64,000 nt of DNA, taken from NCBI GenBank assembly GCA_964458275.1, contig CAYWIE010000004.1:3459-67458 (forward strand), written 5' to 3'. Positions within the stretch are counted from its first letter, which is position 1. Each line of letters starts with the position of its first letter. The stretch comes from an uncultured Bacteroidaceae bacterium. Lineage in GTDB: Bacteria > Bacteroidota > Bacteroidia > Bacteroidales > Bacteroidaceae. The position numbers were made by a program, and so were the translations under genes. The notes beneath the pieces were generated by a model. The model did no database searches, was not told the DNA's origin, and saw nothing but the letters and a program-made list of their open reading frames with translations. This document shows positions 1-9,863 of this stretch, piece after piece.

Positions 1-648
1 GAGACGGCTCTCCATGCTCATTGAACGGATAGCCGAACCTGCATATTCAACAAAATATCCTGTTGCACCGCTGGTGGTCATCTTCGAAATTATGTAGAGG
101 GCTACATCTTTTGCTGTTACGCCTTTGCCAAGTTCGCCGTCAACGGTTATGCGCATTGACTTGGGCTTTTGCTGCAATATGCACTGCGATGCAAGCACCA
201 TGCCCACTTCGCTTGTGCCGATGCCGAATGCGATTGCGCCCATAGCACCGTGTGTCGATGTGTGTGAGTCGCCGCAAACGATTGTCATGCCGGGGAGTGT
301 GAGACCCAATTCGGGGCCTACTACGTGTATGATTCCGTTCTTGGGGTGCTTCATTCCGAAGTGTGTGAGACCGAACTCCTGTGCGTTGCGTGTGAGTGTC
401 TCCACCTGATTGCGCGACACGGGCTCCTCGATGGGCTTGTCCTGATTCAAGGTGGGGATGTTGTGGTCGGGCATACAGTAGATTCTTTCGGGACGAAGGC
501 ATTTGATGCCACGGCTTCTGAGGTCGTCAAAAGCCTGTGGTGATGTTACTTCGTGGCAGTAGAGCCTGTCGATGTAGAGCTGTGTGGGCCCGTCCTCTAC
601 TTTGTGGACGATGTGTGAATCCCAGATTTTATCAAAAAGTGTGTTCAT
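1..648 (-). CDS. leuC: 3-isopropylmalate dehydratase large subunit, N-terminal part (gene runs off the left window edge)
   Basis: Absent from the ORF track because it is open at the edge. Reverse translation from ATG at 646-648 gives [47 protein letters not shown]...[29 protein letters not shown], an aconitase-family LeuC N-terminus. The frame stays open for 216 codons to position 1. It lies 9 nt downstream of leuA. Confidence 0.9.
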   Translation of the reverse strand, partial: MNTLFDKIWDSHIVHKVEDGPTQLYIDRLYCHEVTSPQAFDDLRSRGIKCLRPERIYCMPDHNIPTLNQDKPIEEPVSRNQVETLTRNAQEFGLTHFGMKHPKNGIIHVVGPELGLTLPGMTIVCGDSHTSTHGAMGAIAFGIGTSEVGMVLASQCILQQKPKSMRITVDGELGKGVTAKDVALYIISKMTTSGATGYFVEYAGSAIRSMSMESRL

Positions 649-657
649 TTTTTTCTG

Positions 658-2160
658 TTAGTCGCGGAATTTGTTTATACAATCTATGTATGCCTCAACC
701 GAAGCAGATACAATGTCGGTATTTGCGCCGAAACCGTAGTAGTTCACGCCGTTGTATTCTACCTGCATGTGTACTTTACCTACGTCGTCGCTACCCTTGC
801 TTATGGCTTGGATGGTGAACTCGCGCAGTGTCATGTCGCGCTTGATTATCTGCTTCAGTGCGCTGATTGCTGCGTCGACGGGACCGTTGCCGGTTGATGC
901 TGCTTCGAAAAGCTCGCCGGCTATGCGCAGGCCGATGCTTGCAACCGAACGGAGGTTGATGCCTGTTGTAACCTGAAGGTGTTCGAGCTTGATGCCTTTG
1001 TTTGAGCTGCGGTCTGCACCTGCAAGCATCAGTATGTCGTCGTCGTTTATCTCCTTCTTTCTGTCGGCAAGGCGGAGGAACTGCTCGTAAATTTCGTTGA
1101 GCTTGTCGCCATCGACCTCAATGCCGAGAACTGAGAGACGGTGCTTGAGGGCTGCACGTCCGCTGCGTGCTGTGAGTACGATAGAGTTGTCGTCGATACC
1201 CACCTCTTTGGGGTCCATGATTTCGTATGTGCAAACGTTCTTCAGCACGCCGTCCTGATGGATGCCCGATGAGTGTGCGAACGCGTTGCGGCCCACGATT
1301 GCCTTGTTGGGCTGGACGGGCATGTTCATGAGGCTTGATACCATGCGGCTGGTGGGGTATATCTTCTGTGTGTTGATGTTTGTCTCGATGCTGAGGTCGG
1401 GGTGGGTCTTGAAGATCATTGCCACCTCTTCGAGTGATGTGTTTCCGGCACGCTCACCGATACCATTGATGGTAACCTCTACCTGACGGGCACCATTGAG
1501 TACGCCTGCTACGGTGTTGGCGGTTGCCATGCCAAGGTCGTTGTGGCAGTGGGTAGAGAGGATGGAACGGCCTGCTGCAAAAGCATCCACATGCTCATAG
1601 AGGTACTTGATTTTCTCGCCATACTCATAGGGAGTGCGGAAACCTGTTGTGTCGGGGATGTTGCACACTGTGGCACCAGCCTTGCATACTGCATCGATGA
1701 CACGTGCAAGGTATTCGTTGTCGGTGCGGCCTGCATCTTCGGCATAGAACTCCACATCCTCAACGTAGCGTTTTGCGTACTTCACTGCTGCAACGGCACG
1801 CTCGATAATCTCTTCGGGGGTGCTGTTGAACTTGTATCTGATGTGTGAGGGGCTGGTACCGATACCTGTATGTATACGCTTGTGCTTTGCATATTTCAAT
1901 GCTTCAGCAGCGCAGTCTATATCTTTTTCAACGGCGCGGGTAAGTGCGCATATTGTAGGCCATGTAACTGCCTTTGAAATTTCAATTACCGAATTGAAGT
2001 CTCCGGGGCTGGAGATGGGGAAGCCTGCCTCTATCACATCAACTCCGAGCTGTTCAAGCTGCTTTGCAACCTGAATCTTTTCTACGGTGTTCAGCTGGCA
2101 TCCGGGCACCTGCTCGCCGTCGCGGAGAGTGGTGTCAAAAATGTAAAGTCTGTTGTCCAT
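658..2160 (-). CDS. leuA: 2-isopropylmalate synthase
   Basis: 500-aa ORF with [13 protein letters not shown] and [13 protein letters not shown] motifs of the LeuA/HMGL-like family, plus a C-terminal LeuA regulatory region. It is adjacent to leuC. Confidence 0.95.
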   Translation of the reverse strand: MDNRLYIFDTTLRDGEQVPGCQLNTVEKIQVAKQLEQLGVDVIEAGFPISSPGDFNSVIEISKAVTWPTICALTRAVEKDIDCAAEALKYAKHKRIHTGIGTSPSHIRYKFNSTPEEIIERAVAAVKYAKRYVEDVEFYAEDAGRTDNEYLARVIDAVCKAGATVCNIPDTTGFRTPYEYGEKIKYLYEHVDAFAAGRSILSTHCHNDLGMATANTVAGVLNGARQVEVTINGIGERAGNTSLEEVAMIFKTHPDLSIETNINTQKIYPTSRMVSSLMNMPVQPNKAIVGRNAFAHSSGIHQDGVLKNVCTYEIMDPKEVGIDDNSIVLTARSGRAALKHRLSVLGIEVDGDKLNEIYEQFLRLADRKKEINDDDILMLAGADRSSNKGIKLEHLQVTTGINLRSVASIGLRIAGELFEAASTGNGPVDAAISALKQIIKRDMTLREFTIQAISKGSDDVGKVHMQVEYNGVNYYGFGANTDIVSASVEAYIDCINKFRD

Positions 2161-2254
2161 AGTTCTTTATTTGTTTTTTTTTGTTATTACTCTTTTTTGT
2201 ATGGTTTTAAGCCTGTTGACACCAATTAAGATTGGTGCTTCGGATAAAATTTCA

Positions 2255-2262
2255 CAAATATA
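2255..2262 (-). promoter_or_regulatory. candidate Bacteroides-type -7 box (TATATTTG) for leuA-leuC
   Basis: The reverse strand reads TATATTTG, matching TAnnTTTG, about 95 nt upstream of the leuA ATG. Confidence 0.4.
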
Positions 2263-2513
2263 CTGCTTTCTTTTCAAACAATCGCTGTTTTTAAAGTATT
2301 TTATATAATAATAAACGTGCGTGCGCTCGATTTTATAATTTGCTTGGCTTGCTTATATAATTGGTTCGTTCGGCTCGGTTGCCGTGCAAAGAGATATTTT
2401 TGCTTTTATTTGACAATTTCAACGTAACTTTATTATATTTGCGTTTCAAGTTAAAAATCAAGAACCGCAATCGAATGATTCCGGTTCTTGATATGTAAAA
2501 TATTTTCAAATAT

Positions 2514-5054
2514 ATGCGCAGGCTTAATTTCAGAATAGAATTCAATGTCTCTGAGGGTGATGTTCTCAGGGTTAATTATCGTTTTTGCAGACCTACGGGC
2601 GAAGAGGCTAAAGGCAAGCTTTTGCTCGATGAACTGAATCCCGGTGTCTGGACCGGCTATCTTACCCTCGGATGTAATGTGGGCAGTATAAAATATGGCT
2701 ATGAAATAGTACGTGGCGACGAATTGGTCCGTTGCGAGTGGGGATGTATGCCCCACGCGGTGAAGTTCAACAGCGGACGTTCGTCGTGGATGGTTTCGGA
2801 CAAGTGGCTCGATTCTCCGTTCTGTAATTACATGCAAACGGGATTGTTTAAGAAATTTTACCAAAAGTCCTCTTCGGGTTATGGCGAAATACGGCTTCCC
2901 GAAGAATCTCAGGATGCCCTGATTTTTGACCTTCCCATGTGTGGTCTTAAGGATGGTGAAACTCTTCTTCTGGCAGGAGATGCCGAGGAGTGTGGAGCGT
3001 GGTCGCTTGAGCGTGCCGTTCCCATGGTCTGTACAGGCTTCAACCGTTGGCAATGTGTGTTGGATACATCGGCGTTGCGTGGCAGGATATTGAGCTTCAA
3101 ATTTGTTGCTTATGACAAAAAGAGTGATGCGGCACGTTGGGAAGAGGGTGGCAACCGCACTTATTATATTGCCGATGAGGGCAAACCGGTTGTGCGTCGT
3201 GTAACATTCGAGGGACTCGATTTCGGTGCGCCGCGTCTGCGTGTGGCAGGAACTGTGATTCCTCTCTTCTCGCTCCGTTCCGAGAATAGTTGGGGTGTGG
3301 GCGACTTCGGAGATATAAAGCTCTTTGCCGAATGGCTTGCCGAGACTGGACAGCATGTCTTGCAGCTGTTGCCTGTCAACGATACGACGATTTATGGCGG
3401 TGAGGGCGATTCCTATCCATATAACTGTGTGTCGGTGTTTGCGTTGCACCCTCAGTATGTGGATATTTCGGCGCTGCCCGAACTTAAGGATGGCAGGGTG
3501 CGTGCAGGCTTTGCACGTCGTGCCAAACGTTTGAACAGCGGAGATACGTTTGACTATCCTGCTGTGAATGAGCTCAAGGGCGCATATCTGCGCAAGCTTT
3601 ACGAAGAGCGTGGCGATGAGTATATCGCATCAGATGGCTTCAAACAGTTCGAGAATGAGCAGCAGGAGTGGCTGCGTCCCTATTGTGTATACCGTTTCCT
3701 TTCGGGCAAAATCTCTCCCGGCCCCGGCAATTGGGGTAAATATGACACGTACGACAACAGGACATACGAAAGGGTGCTTAAGGAGTATCCCGATGCCTTG
3801 CGCGAAATTCAGTATCATGCAGTTGTTCAATACATCCTCTACACTCAATTGAAAGATGCCCATTCATATGCGCTCTCGCTCAATGTGGCGCTCAAAGGGG
3901 ATATACCCATCGGCGTCGCTCCCGACGGAGTGGACGTCTGGTGCTACAAGGAATTGTTCAACCGTCGCGGCTCGGCTGGCGCACCGCCCGATGCTTTCTC
4001 GGCAGACGGACAGAATTGGGGCTTCCCTACATATAACTGGGAGGTGATGGCACGCGACGGTTACGCATGGTGGCGTCGCCGGTTGAAATATATGGCAAAC
4101 TTCTTCGATGCTTTCCGCATTGACCACATACTCGGATTCTTCAGAATATGGGAGATACCTTCGCATGTTTCAAGCGGATTGTCGGGACACTTCAGACCAA
4201 GTATGCCTTTGTCCGCAGATGAAATAACTGCGGCTGGATTCAAGTTCGATGCCTTGTTGCACTCATGTGCATCGTCGGCCGACCTGCCCTCTGATGCTCC
4301 CGCCGACCTGCTTTTCATCCCCGACGATGCCCGTCCCGCGCATTATCATCCGCGCATAATGGCATTTGATACACAATGCTATAAACGTCTCGACGAGTGC
4401 AACCGCAGGGCGTTCGACAGGATTTATGAGGATTATTTCTATCATCGCCACACCGGATTCTGGTTCGAGGAGGCAATGAAAAAGCTCACTCCTCTGTTCA
4501 GTGCAACGTCAATGACCGTCTGCGGCGAAGATTTGGGAATGATACCCGCTTGCGTACCTTGGGCGATGAAGAATCTGCAAGTGCTGTCGCTCGAAATAGA
4601 GCGTATGCCCAAAGAGTACGGCGTGAGGTTTGCCCGTCCCGAAGAATACCCCTATCTGTCAGTGGCTACCCCCTCAACTCACGACATGAGCACACTGCGC
4701 GAGTGGTGGCAGGAGAATGACGGAGACACTCAGTGCTTCTACAACGAATCGCTGCATCTCGAAGGCAGGGCACCAGTTGAGATGGACGGTGCAATAGCAA
4801 AGGCTATCGTAATGCAACATCTCCAGTCTCCTTCGATGCTGGCGCTGATAGCATGGCAGGACTGGATGGCTACCGATGGGAAATTGCGCCGCAAGGAGCC
4901 GCGCGAGGAGCGTATAAACATACCTTCCAACCGCGGACATGTCTGGAATTACCGCATGCACATGACAATAGAGGCGTTGGCAAAATCACGTGCTTTCAAC
5001 AAGGCTCTGATGCGTATGATAAGCGAATCGGGACGCAACACAAACGATAAGTAG
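2514..5054 (+). CDS. malQ: 4-alpha-glucanotransferase (GH77 amylomaltase) with N-terminal starch-binding-like region
   Basis: 846-aa ORF. GH77 signatures are present: LLPVNDT, FRIDHILGFFRIWEIP, CGEDLGMIP and STHDMSTLREWW. About 250 extra N-terminal residues are typical of the long Bacteroidetes MalQ form. Confidence 0.9.
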   Translation: MRRLNFRIEFNVSEGDVLRVNYRFCRPTGEEAKGKLLLDELNPGVWTGYLTLGCNVGSIKYGYEIVRGDELVRCEWGCMPHAVKFNSGRSSWMVSDKWLDSPFCNYMQTGLFKKFYQKSSSGYGEIRLPEESQDALIFDLPMCGLKDGETLLLAGDAEECGAWSLERAVPMVCTGFNRWQCVLDTSALRGRILSFKFVAYDKKSDAARWEEGGNRTYYIADEGKPVVRRVTFEGLDFGAPRLRVAGTVIPLFSLRSENSWGVGDFGDIKLFAEWLAETGQHVLQLLPVNDTTIYGGEGDSYPYNCVSVFALHPQYVDISALPELKDGRVRAGFARRAKRLNSGDTFDYPAVNELKGAYLRKLYEERGDEYIASDGFKQFENEQQEWLRPYCVYRFLSGKISPGPGNWGKYDTYDNRTYERVLKEYPDALREIQYHAVVQYILYTQLKDAHSYALSLNVALKGDIPIGVAPDGVDVWCYKELFNRRGSAGAPPDAFSADGQNWGFPTYNWEVMARDGYAWWRRRLKYMANFFDAFRIDHILGFFRIWEIPSHVSSGLSGHFRPSMPLSADEITAAGFKFDALLHSCASSADLPSDAPADLLFIPDDARPAHYHPRIMAFDTQCYKRLDECNRRAFDRIYEDYFYHRHTGFWFEEAMKKLTPLFSATSMTVCGEDLGMIPACVPWAMKNLQVLSLEIERMPKEYGVRFARPEEYPYLSVATPSTHDMSTLREWWQENDGDTQCFYNESLHLEGRAPVEMDGAIAKAIVMQHLQSPSMLALIAWQDWMATDGKLRRKEPREERINIPSNRGHVWNYRMHMTIEALAKSRAFNKALMRMISESGRNTNDK

Positions 5055-5080
5055 CTGTAATTTTCGGGCTTCAGTCCAAA

Positions 5081-5142
5081 ATATAGGCAAATAACGTATA
5101 AAATTTGTTTTTTTACAAAAAAAGTACGTTATTTGCCTATAT
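5081..5142. terminator. long hairpin between malQ and the next gene (perfect 18-bp arms)
   Basis: ATATAGGCAAATAACGTA (5081-5098) pairs perfectly with TACGTTATTTGCCTATAT (5125-5142). The spacer is itself T-run/A-run self-complementary. Confidence 0.6.
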
Positions 5143-5168
5143 ATTTCTTAATTTATAATTAAAGGCTT

Positions 5169-8100
5169 ATGAAGAAATTTTTATCACTTCTGATAGGACT
5201 TATGTTTTCTGCAGTCCTGATGGCCGGCGATGTGTTGCCAATCACGCTCACAACAGCGGATGGACTTCCCGGTCGTTTCACAGGCGATAGTAACGAATTT
5301 ACTACCCGCCTTTTCGAATTTGACGAACCCGTCAGTTCGTTCCGGTTCACAGTTATAACCACCAATACCACCGACACGCTCTCCCAGCATAGCTATGACG
5401 GACTCTGTGCCGGTTACGGTCCCGGTTTTCCGTTCTTCACAATGTCGGAGTTCCGTATCTACGATGCAGACGGCAACGATGTAACATTGACAGAAGATAT
5501 GCTTTCGTCCAATGCTGTTGCGACAAACGACGGCGGTGGTCTTGCAGCGCTGATTGACGGTTCTACCGGTACTCACTTCCATGGAACATATTCTATGGGA
5601 ACACTTCCTCAGGCATATCATTATCTTGAGGTTACATTGCCCGAACCTATGTCTAAATTCCAGCTCAGATGGTTCTCCCGTTCTAACAGAAAGAACATGC
5701 CTACAACAGTAGGTATTACAGCCGGCGGCACAGAGTATCTCCCTTATCCTGAGTACGGGTTCGAACTTGGCGAAAAGGTAACTACACTCAGCGAAATTGC
5801 CGAGGGTGGCGTCTTTGTCATGAAGGGTAGCGACTATACATACGATTACGGTGCAGACAACCCCGATTATGGCCGCGAGGATGTATATTATGGCAATGCA
5901 TTCTATCATTCTCCCTATGGCGCCGCTCTTACTGCATCAGCAGCCGACCTCATCACATTCATCCCCACAGGCGAGGAGAATACATACTTTATCTATTGGC
6001 CCGTTAACGGACACTATGTTTATAATCCCGCAGGCCGCGTAGAGGGTTCCGAGTATGCACAGTGGGTAAACAATTCGTTCTACGCAGGCAAGTACAAATT
6101 CCAAGAGTGCGACACTGTTCCCGGTTCGTTCATCATCACTTGCGACGAGAATCTCTACCTCGGTCAGAGACGTTTCATCAAAATGGCAATCATCAACGAG
6201 GCTGTAATGGCTGAGGATGCTGAATATACATACAGCTATGCATGGAATGTTTATCGTGCAAATGTAAAGAATATCAAGGGTACAGCCATCGAATCACAGT
6301 TGCAGGCAACTATCAACGTGGCAGATTCTCTGCTCGCAATTCAGGGTTATATTGAAAGCGAGGATGACGGCGAGTATGAAGGATTGAAAGCTGCTGTTGC
6401 AGAAGGCCGCGAAATTATAGCTTCAGAAAATGCAAATGCAGACGAAGCTGTCCGCAAGGCAAACCAGATAGACCATCTCTCTGCACAATACCGCAAGCAG
6501 TACCTCTATCTGCTCACCGACTCAATCGAGTATCTCACAAACGAGGCAGGTCTTACATTTACAGACGGCAGCGACGGCTGGACAGTGGGTGCATATCCCG
6601 AACAGTACGTTGATCGTCTTATCTCGCTTGTCGATGCAGCAAACATCCGCATCGACAACCTCACAGCATTGGTCGATGTAACACTCATGATAGAAGAACT
6701 TACCGCCGGTCTTGACGAATTCTTCGCATCACAGGTATCTGACGTTTATTCTCTCCCCATCCGTTTCAATGAGAAGGACGGACTTCCCGGTGCCCGCGAG
6801 AATGGCAACGTTAACAACAGCTACATATGGGATTCTCCCGTACTCTACCTTAACGAACCCACAGATGTAGTCCGTATAACAGTAACAAAGGCTACACGTC
6901 AGGATAACTACAGCGGAAGCGGTACAGTTATGTTCTGTCTCGGCGAGTTCGAGCTCTATGACGCAGCAGGCGAACTTATCCCCTTGCGCGAGGATATGTT
7001 CGAGGTCAACTCGCTCTGTTCAACTGACGGCGCCGGTGTACCCGCACTTGTCGATGGCAACTACGGAACATACTTCCACACAGCTTACAGTGACTCCCAT
7101 GACATAACTCCCGATGTAGGCGAGTACTCTTATGTTCAGGTAAATCTCGACGAACCTGTATCTGCGTTCCGTTACCGCATGGTGAGCCGTGCAAACAACT
7201 CATACAACCGTGCTCCCATCGACTTCGGTATTACAGACGGTTCGACATACGATCCCGACGATGTTCCCGAACAGGATCCCTACAACCTCAAGGTTGTTGA
7301 GAAGGTAACAGATGTTTCTCAGATTGTTGACGGTGAATTCTACATCATCTATGGTAACTTGAACAAATTCGATGCAGATGGTGCTGAGGTTATCGGCAAC
7401 GGTTCGGGCTACTACACTGGTCTTAAGGTGTACGAGAGCAAATATCCCAACAGTGTATGTCTCTTTACATTCGAAAATGCAGGCGAAGGAAAATACTACC
7501 TCCACAGCTTGTCTAAGGACTATTACGTGAAGACTCCCAATGTATGGGGCGATGTAACAAGCACATACTTCAAGGGCGAGGCTGCTGCAATCACCATCAA
7601 GGAGCACGCTTCACATGCCGACATGTTCAACTTTACATGCACCGGCATTGTTGAAGACGAATCTTCAGAGCTCAACGGTCAGGAGGCTACATTCCTCTTG
7701 CAAGACTGGGGCGGCGGCATGGGTGCATGTCCTTTTGCTGACGTCGAGACAGAACTCTTTGAGTTTGACGGTCAGAGCGAGTGGGAAATCTACAAGGTAT
7801 CTGTTGACAACTTCGGTATCATGTGGTTGCAGAGCGTGCTTTCTGCTGTGAACAATGCAGGCTTCACAGCCGATGCGTTCGGCAACAACCCCGGACAGTA
7901 CAACGGTGAAGGTGTTCCCGCATTCAAGCAGGCTCTTATCGAGGCACAGGCTCTTGCCGATACAAAGGATGCTGCTGCAGCTAAAAAGGCAGCTGATGCT
8001 TTGCAGAGCAATATCGAGGCTCTCACAAGCATGGAGATTGTTCCCATCGTATACGGAAATGAGTATTACATAGTAAGTGCTAATCCTGCATTCTATGATA

Positions 8101-8738
8101 TACAGGGTAAGGAGATGGCAATCTTTGTTGACAAGAACGACAAGGCAGATCCCAAGATTACCAGCGAGTACCAGCCCTACTGGGGTATAATGCTCGACGA
8201 GGCAAACGGAACAGCCGATGCCTATACATGGATTGTAGAAGAGGGTGATACAAGTTCTATCGAAACAATGGAGAACTGCAAATACATGTACCTCAAGAAC
8301 AAGGCGACCGGACACTACATGGGTACATACAGCGAATGGTCTGTACGTCTGCCTATGAGCGAGACAAAACTGCTCTACTTTGCAAGAAGCGCAGGCGGTG
8401 TCAAGTTCAACATCGGTTCATACGACGCATACCTCACTCTCCCGTCAAACAACGAAACTTATCCTTTCCTCCACATCCTCGGACACGACGATGGCAAGGC
8501 AAGCTGGGGACACATCTGTTTCTGGAGCTACAATACCGATGCTTCAAGATGGAAGTTCATTCTTGCGAACGAAACATCTATCGGCGACGACATAGTGGAT
8601 GATGCTGAAGGTGAAGTTGTTTCTGTAACATATTACAGCGCCGACGGTAAGGTTGCTGCAACTCCGTTCAATGGCGTAAACATTGTAAAGACTGTTTATG
8701 CAAATGGTGCGATAAAGACTACAAAGACTATCCGCTGA
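5169..8738 (+). CDS. large secreted protein, T9SS cargo, with two discoidin (F5/8 type C)-like domains
   Basis: 1189-aa ORF with signal peptide MKKFLSLLIGLMFSAVLMAG. There is an internal duplication between aa 23-190 and aa 529-694 (LPITLTTADGLPG...ALIDGSTGTHFHGTYS versus LPIRFNEKDGLPG...ALVDGNYGTYFHTAYS). The C-terminus, VVSVTYYSADGKVAATPFNGVNIVKTVYANGAIKTTKTIR, resembles a type A T9SS sorting domain. Confidence 0.7.
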   Translation: MKKFLSLLIGLMFSAVLMAGDVLPITLTTADGLPGRFTGDSNEFTTRLFEFDEPVSSFRFTVITTNTTDTLSQHSYDGLCAGYGPGFPFFTMSEFRIYDADGNDVTLTEDMLSSNAVATNDGGGLAALIDGSTGTHFHGTYSMGTLPQAYHYLEVTLPEPMSKFQLRWFSRSNRKNMPTTVGITAGGTEYLPYPEYGFELGEKVTTLSEIAEGGVFVMKGSDYTYDYGADNPDYGREDVYYGNAFYHSPYGAALTASAADLITFIPTGEENTYFIYWPVNGHYVYNPAGRVEGSEYAQWVNNSFYAGKYKFQECDTVPGSFIITCDENLYLGQRRFIKMAIINEAVMAEDAEYTYSYAWNVYRANVKNIKGTAIESQLQATINVADSLLAIQGYIESEDDGEYEGLKAAVAEGREIIASENANADEAVRKANQIDHLSAQYRKQYLYLLTDSIEYLTNEAGLTFTDGSDGWTVGAYPEQYVDRLISLVDAANIRIDNLTALVDVTLMIEELTAGLDEFFASQVSDVYSLPIRFNEKDGLPGARENGNVNNSYIWDSPVLYLNEPTDVVRITVTKATRQDNYSGSGTVMFCLGEFELYDAAGELIPLREDMFEVNSLCSTDGAGVPALVDGNYGTYFHTAYSDSHDITPDVGEYSYVQVNLDEPVSAFRYRMVSRANNSYNRAPIDFGITDGSTYDPDDVPEQDPYNLKVVEKVTDVSQIVDGEFYIIYGNLNKFDADGAEVIGNGSGYYTGLKVYESKYPNSVCLFTFENAGEGKYYLHSLSKDYYVKTPNVWGDVTSTYFKGEAAAITIKEHASHADMFNFTCTGIVEDESSELNGQEATFLLQDWGGGMGACPFADVETELFEFDGQSEWEIYKVSVDNFGIMWLQSVLSAVNNAGFTADAFGNNPGQYNGEGVPAFKQALIEAQALADTKDAAAAKKAADALQSNIEALTSMEIVPIVYGNEYYIVSANPAFYDIQGKEMAIFVDKNDKADPKITSEYQPYWGIMLDEANGTADAYTWIVEEGDTSSIETMENCKYMYLKNKATGHYMGTYSEWSVRLPMSETKLLYFARSAGGVKFNIGSYDAYLTLPSNNETYPFLHILGHDDGKASWGHICFWSYNTDASRWKFILANETSIGDDIVDDAEGEVVSVTYYSADGKVAATPFNGVNIVKTVYANGAIKTTKTIR

Positions 8739-8758
8739 TTCAGGCAGATAAACGATAA

Positions 8759-8799
8759 CTGAAAAACAGAGGCTATCCAAGATAGCCTCTGTTTTTCAG
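8759..8799 (+). terminator. intrinsic terminator
   Basis: Perfect 19-bp stem, CTGAAAAACAGAGGCTATC / GATAGCCTCTGTTTTTCAG, with loop CAA, followed by TTT. It begins 21 nt after the stop codon. Confidence 0.85.
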
Positions 8800-9140
8800 T
8801 TTATTGGTGTCCGGTAAGAATTATATTTATATTTTGTTTTTCGCAAATTAGTCTAAACATTCAATGGCAGTCTGTTATTATATAGATTTAAACAAACTTT
8901 CGCCTTATTCCAAAAGTCATTGATGCCGTCTGCCTAAAAGCTTAATGCGCATCAATGAATCACTCAATGAAGCAATAGAGCTTGTACAGACCCAATTACT
9001 CCAATAAAACAACTTATAACTGTTTACTGGAGGGTTCACATTGCCAGAAGGCAAACAAAAATGTGATATAACAAAAAGGTTTGTTATGTAGAAGCAATAT
9101 TTTCAGTTATATAAAGTTAGGATTGTAATGTGGAATATAC

Positions 9141-9863
9141 TTATAATCCTAAAATAATTTTAGGTAACTCTGTTATGTCGTTTATAACGGCAGTGGGCTC
9201 TGCCCCCTCTATTACCGGTTCTTCTTCCCAACACAATTTTTTCAGCCATACAGCCTTGCATCCCAGTGTCAGTGCAGGGTATATGTCCTTGCGGTATGAA
9301 TCTCCTATGACAACCACCTCTTCGGGAGTTAGCGACAGCGCTTCCACTCCGAGTGCAAAGAGGCGAGGGTCGGGCTTCCGTATGCCTACTATGGCAGATT
9401 CTGCAATTGCTACGAAATATCTGTCAAGCGAAAATTCCTTCAAGACAACGGGCATATTCCCGTAGAAGTTCGTTACAAGCACTGAGGGGAATCTCTCGGA
9501 TAGCTCTTTGACTATTCTGCAACTCCTCTCTATTGTCTCCTTGACTTGCGAGTAGCAACCCTCTACAATGTGGCTGCGGCATGATTCACTGATGGAGGTT
9601 GTGCCCGACGAGGCAATAAAGTCTGCCTGTATTCCTATCTTCAATTCAAGCAGCCGGTGAAAGGTGTGTGTGGGCTCTATGATGCGGTTCTTGCCCAATG
9701 TGCGCTCGGCATGTACGTATGCTTCGCGGAACTGCTCCTTGCTTATGCCTGCGTCGGCTTTCAGGTATTCCTCCCAGATGACTTCGCTCCAATGGATGCC
9801 GTTGGTGTCGATGGTGCCGCCGTAGTCGAATATTATACCTTTAATTGTATTTGCCATTCTCAA
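9141..9863 (-). CDS. HAD-superfamily hydrolase
   Basis: 240-aa ORF. Motif I is IIFDYGGTID, where the second Asp of DxDxT is replaced by Gly. A later VIGDSYRKDI matches HAD motif IV. Its start overlaps the upstream gene by 23 nt. Confidence 0.7.
   Translation of the reverse strand: MRMANTIKGIIFDYGGTIDTNGIHWSEVIWEEYLKADAGISKEQFREAYVHAERTLGKNRIIEPTHTFHRLLELKIGIQADFIASSGTTSISESCRSHIVEGCYSQVKETIERSCRIVKELSERFPSVLVTNFYGNMPVVLKEFSLDRYFVAIAESAIVGIRKPDPRLFALGVEALSLTPEEVVVIGDSYRKDIYPALTLGCKAVWLKKLCWEEEPVIEGAEPTAVINDITELPKIILGL

Noticed and set aside
2456-2492. Hairpin ATCAAGAACCG / CGGTTCTTGAT just upstream of the malQ start, considered as a riboswitch or attenuator.
   Set aside because: It is a single 11-bp stem with no flanking conserved elements that I recognise. 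It may be a simple 5' UTR structure, and the evidence is insufficient for a call.
2451-3449. 332-aa ORF antisense to malQ. Similar long antisense ORFs occur at 5184-5909, 7665-8315, 22366-23052, 23482-24093, 24033-25064, 27909-29288, 33738-34277, 40001-40744, 46531-47139, 47964-48695, 52359-53021, 57920-58627 and 60264-60857.
   Set aside because: Each lies entirely opposite a gene with unmistakable family motifs. Their translations are low-complexity (rich in C, R, H and V) with no recognisable motif. Long open antisense frames are expected from codon bias.
8806-9140. 335-bp non-coding gap after the T9SS cargo gene, with small hairpins (CATTGATGC/GCATCAATG at 8919-8957, ATAACAAA/TTTGTTAT at 9069-9088) and a weak resemblance to the dispersed repeat at 8886-8902.
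   Set aside because: There is no promoter-plus-terminator pair and no recognisable RNA family. The repeat resemblance is within what AT-rich spacer sequence gives by chance. The TTAGGATT/AATCCTAA hairpin at the right end probably just terminates the HAD operon.
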